64,000 nucleotides of DNA from Candidatus Hydrothermarchaeum profundi (GTDB lineage Archaea; Hydrothermarchaeota; Hydrothermarchaeia; Hydrothermarchaeales; Hydrothermarchaeaceae), in contig MTMF02000009.1 of the NCBI GenBank assembly GCA_002011125.2, positions 1,448,989 through 1,512,988 of the forward strand, given 5' to 3'. Numbering within the stretch: position 1 is the first letter of the stretch; every line of letters starts with the position of its first letter. A program made the translations under genes and the position numbers. Below the pieces are notes generated by a model. The model ran no database searches. It was given only the letters and a program-made list of their open reading frames with translations, and was not told the origin of the DNA. Positions 21,387-31,251 of the stretch are shown here, piece after piece.

Positions 21387-22498
21387 TATCCTCGGTTTTC
21401 CCTTATCCTAAGAAAGGAGTTTTTGTTGGGATCGAGAGATTCGTATCAGAGTATTCTGCTGTTTTAGCAAAGAAAGGCCATAAGGTAAAGGTAATAACGA
21501 CTTACTGGAATGGAGGAAAAGCGAGGGATGAATATAATGGGATCGATATCTATAGAGTGAGAGATTCTAGCATCTCGTATGGTAAAATTGGAAGAGTATT
21601 TGATCTACACTACACGACCTTTGGAAGAAATGTTTTAAAGTGCAGAGAAATTTGGAATTCTGATATTATACATGCAATCTCTACATTAGTTACAACAAAA
21701 AAAATTAAAGAACGAGGAGTACCTGTGGTGAGTCACTTCCACCATAAAGCAGAAATGAGAGAGCTTTCTGACTATTTAGTTGTACCCTTTCATATAAGAA
21801 ATGAGAAGATAGCTTATTCCCATTCTGATGCTATTATTACTATGTCACGAGCCAATGAACGAGTACTAATAAGTGACTACGGAGTTGATAAGAGTAAGGT
21901 AAAAATAATACCACATGGCGTGGATATCAACAAATATTACAAGAAAACAATTGAAAAAGAGAATTTTATAATCCTTTTTGCTGGAGCATTAATACCCCGA
22001 AAGGGAGTTCGATACCTTATAGAGGCTTTTGGTAAAGTTAGCCTGAAGCATAAAAAAACAAAGTTAATAATTATTGGTGAGGGTTCTGAGAAAAAAAAGT
22101 TAAAATCATTATCAGAAAAATTAAATTTAAACGTAGAATTCACCGGGCTAATCGAAGACAATGAGCTTTTGAAGTATCTTAATATCGCTGATGTTTTCGT
22201 TCTTCCTTCGCTTAAAGAGGGCTTTGGTCAAGCTATAGTTGAGGCAATGGCATGCAGCCTTCCAGTGATAGCGAGTAATACAACTGCTATCCCAGAAGTT
22301 GTAGGCGATGCAGGGATATTAGTTAGACCGAAGGACTCTAGGGCGCTTGCTGATGCTATTATTTATCTGATCGAAGATGAAAAATTTAGAAAAGAACTTG
22401 GCATTAAGGGGCGTAGGAGAGTAGAAAAATATTTCAGCTGGGAGAAGGTTGTCGAGAAGGCAATAAATATCTACGAAGAAATAGTAGAGAAAGATTAA
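21371..22498 (+). CDS. Glycosyltransferase family 4
   Basis: EGFGQAIVEAMACSLPVIAS. Confidence 0.92.
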   Translation: MEISLVSSVFPYPKKGVFVGIERFVSEYSAVLAKKGHKVKVITTYWNGGKARDEYNGIDIYRVRDSSISYGKIGRVFDLHYTTFGRNVLKCREIWNSDIIHAISTLVTTKKIKERGVPVVSHFHHKAEMRELSDYLVVPFHIRNEKIAYSHSDAIITMSRANERVLISDYGVDKSKVKIIPHGVDINKYYKKTIEKENFIILFAGALIPRKGVRYLIEAFGKVSLKHKKTKLIIIGEGSEKKKLKSLSEKLNLNVEFTGLIEDNELLKYLNIADVFVLPSLKEGFGQAIVEAMACSLPVIASNTTAIPEVVGDAGILVRPKDSRALADAIIYLIEDEKFRKELGIKGRRRVEKYFSWEKVVEKAINIYEEIVEKD

Positions 22499-22513
22499 AC
22501 AAAAGCTAGTCAA

Positions 22514-23668
22514 TTATTTTTCTTCTAACAATTTATCATACAGTTCGATATATCGTTCTATAATTATTTCCCAACTGTAATTTTCAGCTATTTTTCGAGC
22601 ATTTTCACCAAAGTCCTTTATCTTTTTTTCGTCATTTAACAATGAAATAAGCTTATCTGAAAGTTCTTTTGGATTGAAACCTACGAGGTAGCCTGCGGTA
22701 CTATCTTCAATAATATCTCTTGCGACTCCTACAGGAGTTGAAATTATTGGAAGCCTAGAAGCGGCAGCTTCTAAGATGGTTTGACCGAAATTCTCATATT
22801 TAGAGGTGTAGACAAACACATGTGAAGACTTATAAACTTTAATCAAATCTTCTCCATAAATAGGGCCAACAAATTTCACATAATCGTGGATGTGTAGGTC
22901 GTTAGCTAGATTTTTAAGTTCTAACATATACCCCCTATAACTTGCGAAACTCCTCTTAACTTCGTCTCCAATAATAACCAATTCAGAGTCCTTTACCTCT
23001 TTTACTACTTCTTTGAACGCATAAAGGATCTGTTCAAGATTTCTGTCTCGGGATATTCGTCCTACAAATAGAATCCTCTTATTAGGACTCTTTTTACACG
23101 GGACTTTATCGTATAATCCTAGGTTAATTCCGGCAGGTATAACGGATATTTTACTCTCTTCTACCCCAAATTCAACCGCTTCTCTATACTCTTGTATAGT
23201 TGATACAATCACAGTATCCGCCTTTCTAGCTACCGATTTTAGGGTGACTAAATCATGAACTCTATAAGGAATTCCAAAAAACCCGCTTACAAACTTCTTA
23301 TACCCCACTAGTCCACCGTGAGGTTGTAATATGAATGGCTTTGATTTTATCCTGGAAGTTATGAACCCACAATCTGTAAGCATATTCCGATAATTATGCG
23401 CATGCAGGATATCAAAATCCTCTTTTAAAAGCCTCGTAAAAATACTTGGAACGATTCGATACTGCATGACTCCACCAAAACTCCGAAGTCTTGAAATAGA
23501 GACCCCCTGTACGATTTCGTTTTTAGGTATAGATCTCACTTCAAAATCAGATGTAACTACAGGTGAAGAGACACCTCTTTTTTCTAGTTGAAGAGATACT
23601 TCAAAAGCTTGTTTACCTGGGCCCGTTACTACCGGAAAAAACATGGGAATAGTTCTAAGAACTTTCAA
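22514..23668 (-). CDS. Glycosyltransferase family 4
   Basis: ENFGQTILEAAASRLPIIS. Confidence 0.9.
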   Translation of the reverse strand: MKVLRTIPMFFPVVTGPGKQAFEVSLQLEKRGVSSPVVTSDFEVRSIPKNEIVQGVSISRLRSFGGVMQYRIVPSIFTRLLKEDFDILHAHNYRNMLTDCGFITSRIKSKPFILQPHGGLVGYKKFVSGFFGIPYRVHDLVTLKSVARKADTVIVSTIQEYREAVEFGVEESKISVIPAGINLGLYDKVPCKKSPNKRILFVGRISRDRNLEQILYAFKEVVKEVKDSELVIIGDEVKRSFASYRGYMLELKNLANDLHIHDYVKFVGPIYGEDLIKVYKSSHVFVYTSKYENFGQTILEAAASRLPIISTPVGVARDIIEDSTAGYLVGFNPKELSDKLISLLNDEKKIKDFGENARKIAENYSWEIIIERYIELYDKLLEEK

Positions 23669-23678
23669 TGAAATACAC

Positions 23679-24458
23679 CTATTTATTTGCTTTAACTACT
23701 AAAAATCTCCCAAATTTTTGTACCGGATGTCTCCTACTCATTCTTGGAAATATTCTTGATAAAGGATATAAGCTATCAAACATCTGTATTCTTATATTTT
23801 TAAATCTCGCATTTCTAAACGTATTTTCTGCTTCACTACGGGTAAAGTACTTTATTAAAGGATGTTCCCACATTTCTTTAAAGGCAGAGATTTCTGCGGG
23901 AGTAGCTCTCCTTCTTACTATGGATTCAAAAACTCTAAGTAATTTTTCTCCAAATATCCTATACAAAAACTTGTTTATTTTAGTTATAATAGTTGCCAAG
24001 CTATACTTATGATAAAGTAAGACTATCACTTTGCCATTGTTTTTAAGTACTCTATGTATCTCTTTAATTCCTTTATCATAGCCGGGAGTATGATGGAGAA
24101 CCCCTATACTGTAAACAAAGTCGAAAACTCCTTTCTTCAAAGGCATATTTTCAAGGTCACATCTTATTAACCGTGGCTGGAAACCCGCAGATTCCATTTT
24201 ACTTTTTAGTATTTTCAAGGGTTTCTCAGCTAGGTCAACTCCAACCACGTGGCTTCCATTTTCTATGTACTTTAGCAAATCTATTCCAATACCACATCCT
24301 ACATCGAGTAATAATTCATTTGCATGCTTATCATATTCAAATAAGTCATCTAACCAAGGCAGGAGAGTATATCTAGCATCGTCTTTCTCCCAGTCTCCAC
24401 CACAGGGGTGCAAGTCATAAAATTTTCGTATTTTACTCTTAAGAAACTCATTTGACAT
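23679..24458 (-). CDS. Class I SAM-dependent methyltransferase
   Basis: LLDVGCGIG, FDFVYSIGVLHH. Confidence 0.9.
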   Translation of the reverse strand: MSNEFLKSKIRKFYDLHPCGGDWEKDDARYTLLPWLDDLFEYDKHANELLLDVGCGIGIDLLKYIENGSHVVGVDLAEKPLKILKSKMESAGFQPRLIRCDLENMPLKKGVFDFVYSIGVLHHTPGYDKGIKEIHRVLKNNGKVIVLLYHKYSLATIITKINKFLYRIFGEKLLRVFESIVRRRATPAEISAFKEMWEHPLIKYFTRSEAENTFRNARFKNIRIQMFDSLYPLSRIFPRMSRRHPVQKFGRFLVVKANK

Positions 24459-24530
24459 TTTCTAATCTGGTATAAAATAAGTGTGATTACTCTTTAAAAT
24501 AATACGCCTTATTTACGGGATAGCGATTAT

Positions 24531-25415
24531 CTAAATTTTTATTGAAGAAAGCCTTTCTTCTATAAGCTCCTTTTTTAAATTTTCACCTATAACTACGAAC
24601 TTAGATAAATCCGAACTTTCTAATTTTTCTATATCTAAACTTCTTGGAACATAATTGAAATTTATTACTCCATCGTCTGTTTTAATAATGCCTTTAGCCC
24701 GAATTATATCTCCAAATTCGCCAGAATCCAAGGTTGATAGAAATTTTTTTAATTTTGTATTATCAAATTTATTTTCTGTTTCGAACGAGAAAGAATCTAA
24801 GTGAATGTCAAAATAATAGGGTTTAACATCTCGTTCCCTTTTACCCTCTAGTAGTGGAGTCTTACAATATACTGTCCTAAAGATTACCGCCGATCTATTA
24901 AGATCCTTAATGATATCTTCAATTTCATCAATGATTTCCTTTGAAACTAAATCGCACTTATTTATTAATAAGATATCAGAGTTGGTTATCTGATCCAAAA
25001 AGAAATTACCTAAATTCCCTGATTTATAATAGTTAAGGAAAGTAGTTGCATCTATTACTCCGATAACAGGTTCAATTTCCAAAGAATCATAAATCTTAGA
25101 TATTTTAAGGGACTCAAGGATATTGGAAGGTGTTGCAATACCTGAAGGCTCAATAATAAGCCTAGCTGGATTAATTTCTTTCAATATTTCTTCTACAGTC
25201 CTTATTAAGTCTGCTCTCAATGCACAGCAGATACACCCACTTGGAAGTTCCATAACTTCAAGTGCACCGTACTTAGTAATCACAGCGCCATCGATCGCGA
25301 CATCTCCCATCTCATTTATAAGTACAACTGTCTTTTCTTTAGATTCTTCAAGTATATTTCTCAAAAGTGTTGTTTTTCCAGCTCCGAGGAATCCGCAAAT
25401 TATCTTAATTTTCAT
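24531..25415 (-). CDS. CobW/COG0523-family P-loop GTPase metallochaperone
   Basis: GFLGAGKTT, GCICC (CxCC), EPSG, NKCD, C-terminal IRAKG domain. Confidence 0.92.
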   Translation of the reverse strand: MKIKIICGFLGAGKTTLLRNILEESKEKTVVLINEMGDVAIDGAVITKYGALEVMELPSGCICCALRADLIRTVEEILKEINPARLIIEPSGIATPSNILESLKISKIYDSLEIEPVIGVIDATTFLNYYKSGNLGNFFLDQITNSDILLINKCDLVSKEIIDEIEDIIKDLNRSAVIFRTVYCKTPLLEGKRERDVKPYYFDIHLDSFSFETENKFDNTKLKKFLSTLDSGEFGDIIRAKGIIKTDDGVINFNYVPRSLDIEKLESSDLSKFVVIGENLKKELIEERLSSIKI

Positions 25416-25443
25416 AAGGACTTAGGTAGATTCTTAACTTCTT

Positions 25444-26472
25444 TCAGGTTTTATATTCATGCGCTGCATTGATGAATGCTTGGATGTTCTCTAGGGGCAC
25501 GCTTGGAGGGATATCGCAGCCAGGCATAAGCACATAGCCTCCTCCCTCTGCTCCATCCTTTATCGCTCTAAGTGAAGCCTCTTTTACTTCTTCAGGAGTC
25601 TTCTCGTTCATCACTCCCACGGGGTCTACGTTTCCAGCTATGCACATCTTCCCCTTGAAAAGCTCTTTGGCAGCCTTAAGGTCCACCTTATAGTCAAGAG
25701 TGAAACAAGTTGCACCGCATTCCAAGATCGAGGCGAGCTTATCAGTCGTGTCACCGCAGATATGCACCAAGCTATATACCCCCTTCTTCTTAAACTCCCT
25801 GTTTATCCTTCTAAGGTAAGGCAGGGCAAACTCGTCGAAATGCTTCTTAGATATCAGGTCACCCGAGGCAGTAGGGTCCGCGATGCTTACAACCTCTATG
25901 ACGCTCTCCTCGATAAGCGGCCGATAAAACTCGAGGTTAAGCCGTGCCGCGAAGTCGACGACCTTTTTAACGAAGCCGGGGTCCCTGAAGATGCTGATCA
26001 TCAGGTTCTCAACGCCCATTATCTGCGCGCCCAACGTGAAAGGCCCCCAGCAGGTAGCTGTCACCAGGTACTCGCCGCCTATCTCTTCAGAAACGATCCT
26101 GGTCGCGTCCCATATAGTGTTCACTATCTTGTCCCCCGCTAGGTCTTCTAGATCTAACTTATCAAGTTCCTTTAGACTGTTTACTAAAGGTGCTGCCAGA
26201 TCCGGGGGGCCAACCTTCCTAAACTTCATTTCTCCCCCAAGAGCGGCGGCATGAAAGTTGTTATAGCCTGAACCGCAGTATACGATATCGCTCCTCAGCT
26301 TACTGCTCATCGAGATCAACACGTCAGCCATTTTTTGCGGACTCTCAGCAAGCGTCAAAAAAGTGTTATCCGAGTTGAATATAGTCCACGCCCCGCCTCC
26401 AAAGAGAGCCACCGGTATCCTATCAGGCACGCCTAACCGGAAAGCTTCTAAAACCGCATCCCTTGGCTTCAT
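25444..26472 (-). CDS. MtaA/CmuA-type methylcobamide methyltransferase (UroD superfamily)
   Basis: GPFTL, ADPTAS, HICG and MPGC Zn-ligand motifs. Confidence 0.85.
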   Translation of the reverse strand: MKPRDAVLEAFRLGVPDRIPVALFGGGAWTIFNSDNTFLTLAESPQKMADVLISMSSKLRSDIVYCGSGYNNFHAAALGGEMKFRKVGPPDLAAPLVNSLKELDKLDLEDLAGDKIVNTIWDATRIVSEEIGGEYLVTATCWGPFTLGAQIMGVENLMISIFRDPGFVKKVVDFAARLNLEFYRPLIEESVIEVVSIADPTASGDLISKKHFDEFALPYLRRINREFKKKGVYSLVHICGDTTDKLASILECGATCFTLDYKVDLKAAKELFKGKMCIAGNVDPVGVMNEKTPEEVKEASLRAIKDGAEGGGYVLMPGCDIPPSVPLENIQAFINAAHEYKT

Positions 26473-26602
26473 ACTATAACACTAATCCAATTATTATTTA
26501 AGACTTTTTAAAAATAGGAACATAACTTTTAAATAAAAACATGTGCCTATAGAAGTTAGGGCTTTAAGCTCTGGTGTTGTGTTTTTTAGGAGGTGAGTTG
26601 TT

Positions 26603-27049
26603 TTGGCTGAGGCTAAGGAGTTGTCTGCGGAGGAGGCCGACAGGTATATGGAGGAGGTCATGGGCTTTACGCCCAGGATGTTTAAGGTGATTAACACGGT
26701 TAACCCTGAGGCTGGTAAGACCTTCGCGGACTTCTATAACAGTATATGGAAGGACGCCGCTCTTTCTAAGAAGGTTAAGGAGCTTATCTTCACCGCCATA
26801 GGCGTCGCCAACATGTCCCCTAGGTGCCTTATACACGTTATACCCGCGTTAAAGGCAGGGGCTACGACGGCAGAGATATTTGAGGCGGTATCGGTCGGCG
26901 TTATAGCCGCTGGCTTCGTGCCCAACGGCAAGGGCATACCCTACGCCTTCGAATACGCTGCCAAGGTACTAGAGATAGCAGACAAATACAGCAAAGGCGA
27001 AGAATGGGAATACCTGCTGCCGCCAAAATTCGACCACGGCATATACTGA
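26603..27049 (+). CDS. Carboxymuconolactone decarboxylase/AhpD-like protein
   Basis: ALSKKVKELI...SPRCLIH...AGAT.AEIFEA; strong SD AGGAGGTGAG before TTG. Confidence 0.85.
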   Translation: MAEAKELSAEEADRYMEEVMGFTPRMFKVINTVNPEAGKTFADFYNSIWKDAALSKKVKELIFTAIGVANMSPRCLIHVIPALKAGATTAEIFEAVSVGVIAAGFVPNGKGIPYAFEYAAKVLEIADKYSKGEEWEYLLPPKFDHGIY

Positions 27050-27066
27050 GGAGGGGACACCCTCCT
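27049..27066. terminator. GC-rich hairpin between convergent genes
   Basis: AGGAGGG-GACA-CCCTCCT followed by a T-rich tract. Confidence 0.5.
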
Positions 27067-27068
27067 TC

Positions 27069-27380
27069 TTATTTTTCTATAGTCATTGTTACGTCTTTAG
27101 GTAGAGCAAATCCCATCTCGACTTCAATTGCTTTCAAAATAGCTGCGGGTACGGGACAGGCCGGATGTTTTATATGTTTCGAGGCTATCTTGTAAATTTC
27201 AGAATCATTAATTCTCAAAAAAACATTATCGCCGCTTACTTCGTCAAGCTCCTTAGCAAGATTTTTGATCATTTCACAAGGGCTTGCGATTTTAAGCTTT
27301 AATTTATTTTTATCATTTTTTTCTGCTTTTATTACTACTGTAAAACCACAAGCGCCTGCTGAAACTTTTACTTTCGACAT
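27069..27380 (-). CDS. DUF6951-like small Cys-containing protein
   Basis: GACGF, SPC and HPACPVP motifs. Confidence 0.7.
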   Translation of the reverse strand: MSKVKVSAGACGFTVVIKAEKNDKNKLKLKIASPCEMIKNLAKELDEVSGDNVFLRINDSEIYKIASKHIKHPACPVPAAILKAIEVEMGFALPKDVTMTIEK

Positions 27381-27450
27381 CTTAGACTAAAATCACAAGG
27401 TAACAACCGCAATAATATTTGTTCTTATGTGTTCATCAAAATTAAACATA

Positions 27451-28641
27451 TTATTTTTTCTTTTTATGTACTAGGAGATCTATTCCTAAATCTTTGGGGG
27501 AGGATCCTCTTTTTTTTGCTAAATACATCATCTTAGATGCTTTAGAAAGTTCTGTAATACAGCCTTTTGTTTTATGGCTAGCTTCAGTAGTAAAAACTAA
27601 ATCAGCACCACATTCGCTAGCTATTCCACATAAAACTGCGTTTATTCCAATAGAATCAGCATCAATAAGTTCTGTAACATTTCCAATCCCCATTAACATT
27701 GGAATATTATGATAAAGACGACCAAATTTTCTATAAGCTATTATAGAGTCTGACAATCCAAAATTAATTGGCTTCAGTATAGGATCAGCAATTACTTTTT
27801 GAAAGTTTCTTTCTTTAGCTAATTTAATATTATTCTCTAGAAATTTAATCCTTTCATCCGGATTATCTGGTATCACTCCCTTTTTCATAGGAAGAATGAC
27901 AGCAGCCTGTTCTACTCTTTTAAAATTTTTTATCATACTCTCATCAAAGCTGAGAATTAGATCTATACCTTCTTCAATAGCGCATTCTATATTTTTTTTG
28001 TTAAGAGTATCTATAGAGAGAGGTTTTCTTAATTTTTTAAGTTCTGGGACAACTTCTCTAATTTTGTCTTCATCTTCTTTATTTAAACCTAAATCTATAA
28101 TATCCGCTCCAGATCTAATATAATACTTCGCAATTTTTATTATCTCGTCTAAGTTTTTACTACTAATATCCACAATTTCAGCGACTATTCTAATTGGGAA
28201 ATCTTTACCGACGGGTAATTCTCCAATTAGAATGTTTCTTGAAGTTTTTAGTGTTTCTCTTATGTAATCAGGGGACTTGAGTTTTTCAAATTCTTCTAAG
28301 GCTTTTTTCTTTTTATAATCTACTAAAAACTCGTCAGCTGGAATATCCTTTGAAAGAGGGATCTTTTCGATATTTTCTAAGAGTATGTCGAGGTCTGCAA
28401 TATCCTTTGGGCCTCTATATGTTTTTATACCTAGAGTATTCTCTATCTCGCTTAGATCTGCATCTACAAGCCCAGGTAGAATCAGGATATCGTAGTTTTT
28501 CTTTACACTTTTTTTAATGAGTTCTGGGGTAAGAAACGTAGCCACTTCGAGAGGAGGTATATACACATCGCATCCGTATCTTCTAGCTATATCTTTAACA
28601 TAATTTTCAGTAGATTTGGCACTTATGAGGAGTACTTTGAT
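27451..28641 (-). CDS. Dihydropteroate-synthase-like protein (MJ0107/Orf20 type, methanopterin pathway); probable ATC start
   Basis: GADIIDLG, SIDT, IADPIL, GNVTELIDADS; conserved N-terminus KVLLIS extends upstream of the ORF-track start (28566). Confidence 0.8.
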   Translation of the reverse strand: MKVLLISAKSTENYVKDIARRYGCDVYIPPLEVATFLTPELIKKSVKKNYDILILPGLVDADLSEIENTLGIKTYRGPKDIADLDILLENIEKIPLSKDIPADEFLVDYKKKKALEEFEKLKSPDYIRETLKTSRNILIGELPVGKDFPIRIVAEIVDISSKNLDEIIKIAKYYIRSGADIIDLGLNKEDEDKIREVVPELKKLRKPLSIDTLNKKNIECAIEEGIDLILSFDESMIKNFKRVEQAAVILPMKKGVIPDNPDERIKFLENNIKLAKERNFQKVIADPILKPINFGLSDSIIAYRKFGRLYHNIPMLMGIGNVTELIDADSIGINAVLCGIASECGADLVFTTEASHKTKGCITELSKASKMMYLAKKRGSSPKDLGIDLLVHKKKK

Positions 28642-28692
28642 CTTACCACCTCGAAAATCTATATTAATAGGTCTAACCTTTCATAGATAAAT

Positions 28693-29280
28693 ATGTTGAG
28701 TTCTAGATTTAGAAATTATATAGAGTACTTTATTATTCCTGTCGCAAAGCTAATAGCTAAATCGCGTGTAAGCCCAAATAGTCTTACTACAATAGGATTT
28801 ATTGTAAGCATATTTGTTGCGGTCGCTTTTTTCTATAATAACTTAACTGCGGCTTTTTTATTTCTTCTATTAACATCTTTTTTTGATTTACTCGATGGGG
28901 CAGTTGCAAGAGTTACTGGAGGCGTAACCAAGTTTGGAGGTTTTTTGGATTCAACGCTCGATAGGTATTCTGATTCAGCGATATTGATAGGGATCGCATT
29001 TTTCTTAAAGAATTTCTACTTTTTGATATTCATAGTTTTAATAGGCACTTTCCTTGTGAGTTATAGTAGAGCTAAGGCGGAAGTGTTTATTAATAAATGT
29101 GATATAGGATTTGCGGAGAGAGCTGAGAGATTATTACTGGTAACGTTTGTTACATTTCTTTCTGCGTACAAAATTGTTGAACCAAAAGAGGCTTTTTTTG
29201 TTGTTCTAATATTTCTAGCTGTTATAACCCATTTAACCGTTTTTCAGAGAATACATTATACATACAAACTATTGAGATAG
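28693..29280 (+). CDS. CDP-alcohol phosphatidyltransferase, probable archaetidylinositol-phosphate synthase
   Basis: DLLDGAVAR...GGFLDSTLDRYSD signature, RAER motif, near ino1. Confidence 0.85.
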   Translation: MLSSRFRNYIEYFIIPVAKLIAKSRVSPNSLTTIGFIVSIFVAVAFFYNNLTAAFLFLLLTSFFDLLDGAVARVTGGVTKFGGFLDSTLDRYSDSAILIGIAFFLKNFYFLIFIVLIGTFLVSYSRAKAEVFINKCDIGFAERAERLLLVTFVTFLSAYKIVEPKEAFFVVLIFLAVITHLTVFQRIHYTYKLLR

Positions 29281-29571
29281 TTTTTCCACCATCTTATTCA
29301 GATATTTTACTCCCTCTTCAAGAAGATTTTTACCTTTTTCGGTAATGTAGTAATACTTCTTATTTTCTTTTTTTTCTCTTCTTACATAACCAGAAGTTTC
29401 AAGCCGGTATAATACTACATAGGGTGTAATTAATGCTGGTTCAAAATCAAATTTCTTTTTCAATTCTTTTTTTATTTCATACGCGTACATCTCTTTATCC
29501 GCTAGAAGTTTCAATATGTATATCCACAATATTTCTTTCGTAGTTTTTACCTTAAGTCTCTCCAGAGGCAT
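29269..29571 (-). CDS. PadR-family transcriptional regulator
   Basis: YAYEI...PYVVLYRLE..G...KKYYYITEKG. Confidence 0.88.
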   Translation of the reverse strand: MPLERLKVKTTKEILWIYILKLLADKEMYAYEIKKELKKKFDFEPALITPYVVLYRLETSGYVRREKKENKKYYYITEKGKNLLEEGVKYLNKMVEKLSQ

Positions 29572-29637
29572 ATCTTTATTTTATCACCATAAAATATTTA
29601 AAAGAGTATTTTATACCCATAAAATAGGTGGTCTCAT

Positions 29638-30720
29638 ATGGGGAAAAAAAAGGTAAGAGTAGGAATCATCGGGATAGGAAACTGTGCGTCTGCACTTGTT
29701 CAAGGAGTTGAATTTTATAAAAACACTTCTGATGACGAGTTTATTCCGGGATTGATGCATCCAAAATTGGGCGAATATCATGTAGGGGATATAGAATTCT
29801 CTGCAGCTTTTGATATAGATAAAAATAAGGTTGGCAAGGATTTAAGCGAGGCTATTTTTACTAAACCAAATAATACATATAAATTTTCTGATGTTCCAAG
29901 ATTGGATGTTCCAGTTCAACGCGGCATGACACACGACGGTTTAGGAAAATACCTATCGGGAGTAATAGAGAAACATCCTTCGCCTACGGTTGATGTAGTT
30001 GATGTACTGAGAGAAACTAGAACCGATGTAGTAGTAAATTTTCTGCCCGTGGGAAGCGAATTCGCAACGAAATGGTATGTTGAGATGGCATTAGAAGCAG
30101 GATGCGGTTTTGTTAATTGTATACCCGTCTTTATTGCAAAAGAAAAGAGATGGCAAGAACTCTTTGAAAAAAAGGGTCTACCAATAATAGGAGACGATAT
30201 TAAAAGTCAAGTTGGAGCTACCATTGTTCATAGAGTGCTTGTAAATCTTTTCAGCAGTCGAGGAGTAAAACTCTTAAGAACATCTCAGTTAAATGTTGGA
30301 GGAAATACAGATTTTTTAAACATGCTTGAAAGAGAACGATTAGAGTCTAAAAAGATATCAAAAACTACTGCGGTTTCTTCTCAATTGCCCTACACTATTG
30401 CAGAAACAGATATACATATTGGGCCTAGTGATTATATCCCTTGGTTGTTAGATAGGAAGTGGGCATATATCAGATTAGAAGGAAGTAGCTTCGGTAATGT
30501 CCCTTTGAATATAGAATTAAAGTTAGAGGTCTGGGATTCTCCAAACTCGGCAGGCGTAGTAATAGATGCTATAAGATGCACAAAAATTGCAATCGATCGT
30601 GGTATAAAAGGGGTTTTAAAAGGCCCCTCTGCATATTTTATGAAATCCCCGCCTGAACAGTTCTCTGATGATACTGCACGCGAGATGGTCGAAGATTTTA
30701 TTAAAAATAAAAAAAATTAA
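29638..30720 (+). CDS. ino1: myo-inositol-1-phosphate synthase
   Basis: [36 protein letters not shown]. Confidence 0.95.
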   Translation: MGKKKVRVGIIGIGNCASALVQGVEFYKNTSDDEFIPGLMHPKLGEYHVGDIEFSAAFDIDKNKVGKDLSEAIFTKPNNTYKFSDVPRLDVPVQRGMTHDGLGKYLSGVIEKHPSPTVDVVDVLRETRTDVVVNFLPVGSEFATKWYVEMALEAGCGFVNCIPVFIAKEKRWQELFEKKGLPIIGDDIKSQVGATIVHRVLVNLFSSRGVKLLRTSQLNVGGNTDFLNMLERERLESKKISKTTAVSSQLPYTIAETDIHIGPSDYIPWLLDRKWAYIRLEGSSFGNVPLNIELKLEVWDSPNSAGVVIDAIRCTKIAIDRGIKGVLKGPSAYFMKSPPEQFSDDTAREMVEDFIKNKKN

Positions 30721-30905
30721 GTTTCATAATGGTGTACTGTATTTACATCATGCTTACTAGAATTACATTTTAATAATCCTTGATTTTCTAGGTACTCTAT
30801 AGCTTTTAAAACCTTTTTGGGACTCACTAATATTTCAGACGCGATATCAGTAGCGCTACGTGGTCCTCTTTTAAGTAATCTTAATACTTTTTCTTCAACT
30901 CTCAT
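30717..30905 (-). CDS. Small HTH protein
   Basis: GPRSATDIA...[14 protein letters not shown] winged-helix pattern. Confidence 0.65.
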   Translation of the reverse strand: MRVEEKVLRLLKRGPRSATDIASEILVSPKKVLKAIEYLENQGLLKCNSSKHDVNTVHHYET

Positions 30906-30908
30906 TTT

Positions 30909-31130
30909 TTAGATGACAAAATAGTGATTGATTCCGTTGATCTCTTCTTTCTGAAGATGCTTGTGCAACATATTGTGGTAAATGAACATCTTTAGATGGG
31001 TATCCTTGACATTGTAGCCCTTCCTTTTGACCCTCTCTACAATCTGTTTTCCATTAAGTTTTTCTCCCTCATTGAAAACGCTTAATATTACCTTAGCTTT
31101 ATGGGCTGCGTTTCCAAACTTTTTTCCCAA
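30909..31130 (-). CDS. Small basic, probably winged-helix, hypothetical protein
   Basis: SD GGAGGTG before TTG; LNGKQIVERV helix and C-terminal beta-hairpin (INGINHY). Confidence 0.7.
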   Translation of the reverse strand: MGKKFGNAAHKAKVILSVFNEGEKLNGKQIVERVKRKGYNVKDTHLKMFIYHNMLHKHLQKEEINGINHYFVI

Positions 31131-31251
31131 TTTTTACACCTCCCTAATCTTTTTTTATTAAAATAGACAATTAAAGAGCGTATTAAATTCTTTTTAAATA
31201 AAATTACATTAAATTTTTTAAAATATAACAAATTATTGGACATTTTTATTT

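Noticed and set aside
25762-27195. Several overlapping alternative-frame ORFs in the GC-rich islet
   Set aside because: Shadow ORFs caused by high GC; they overlap well-supported genes
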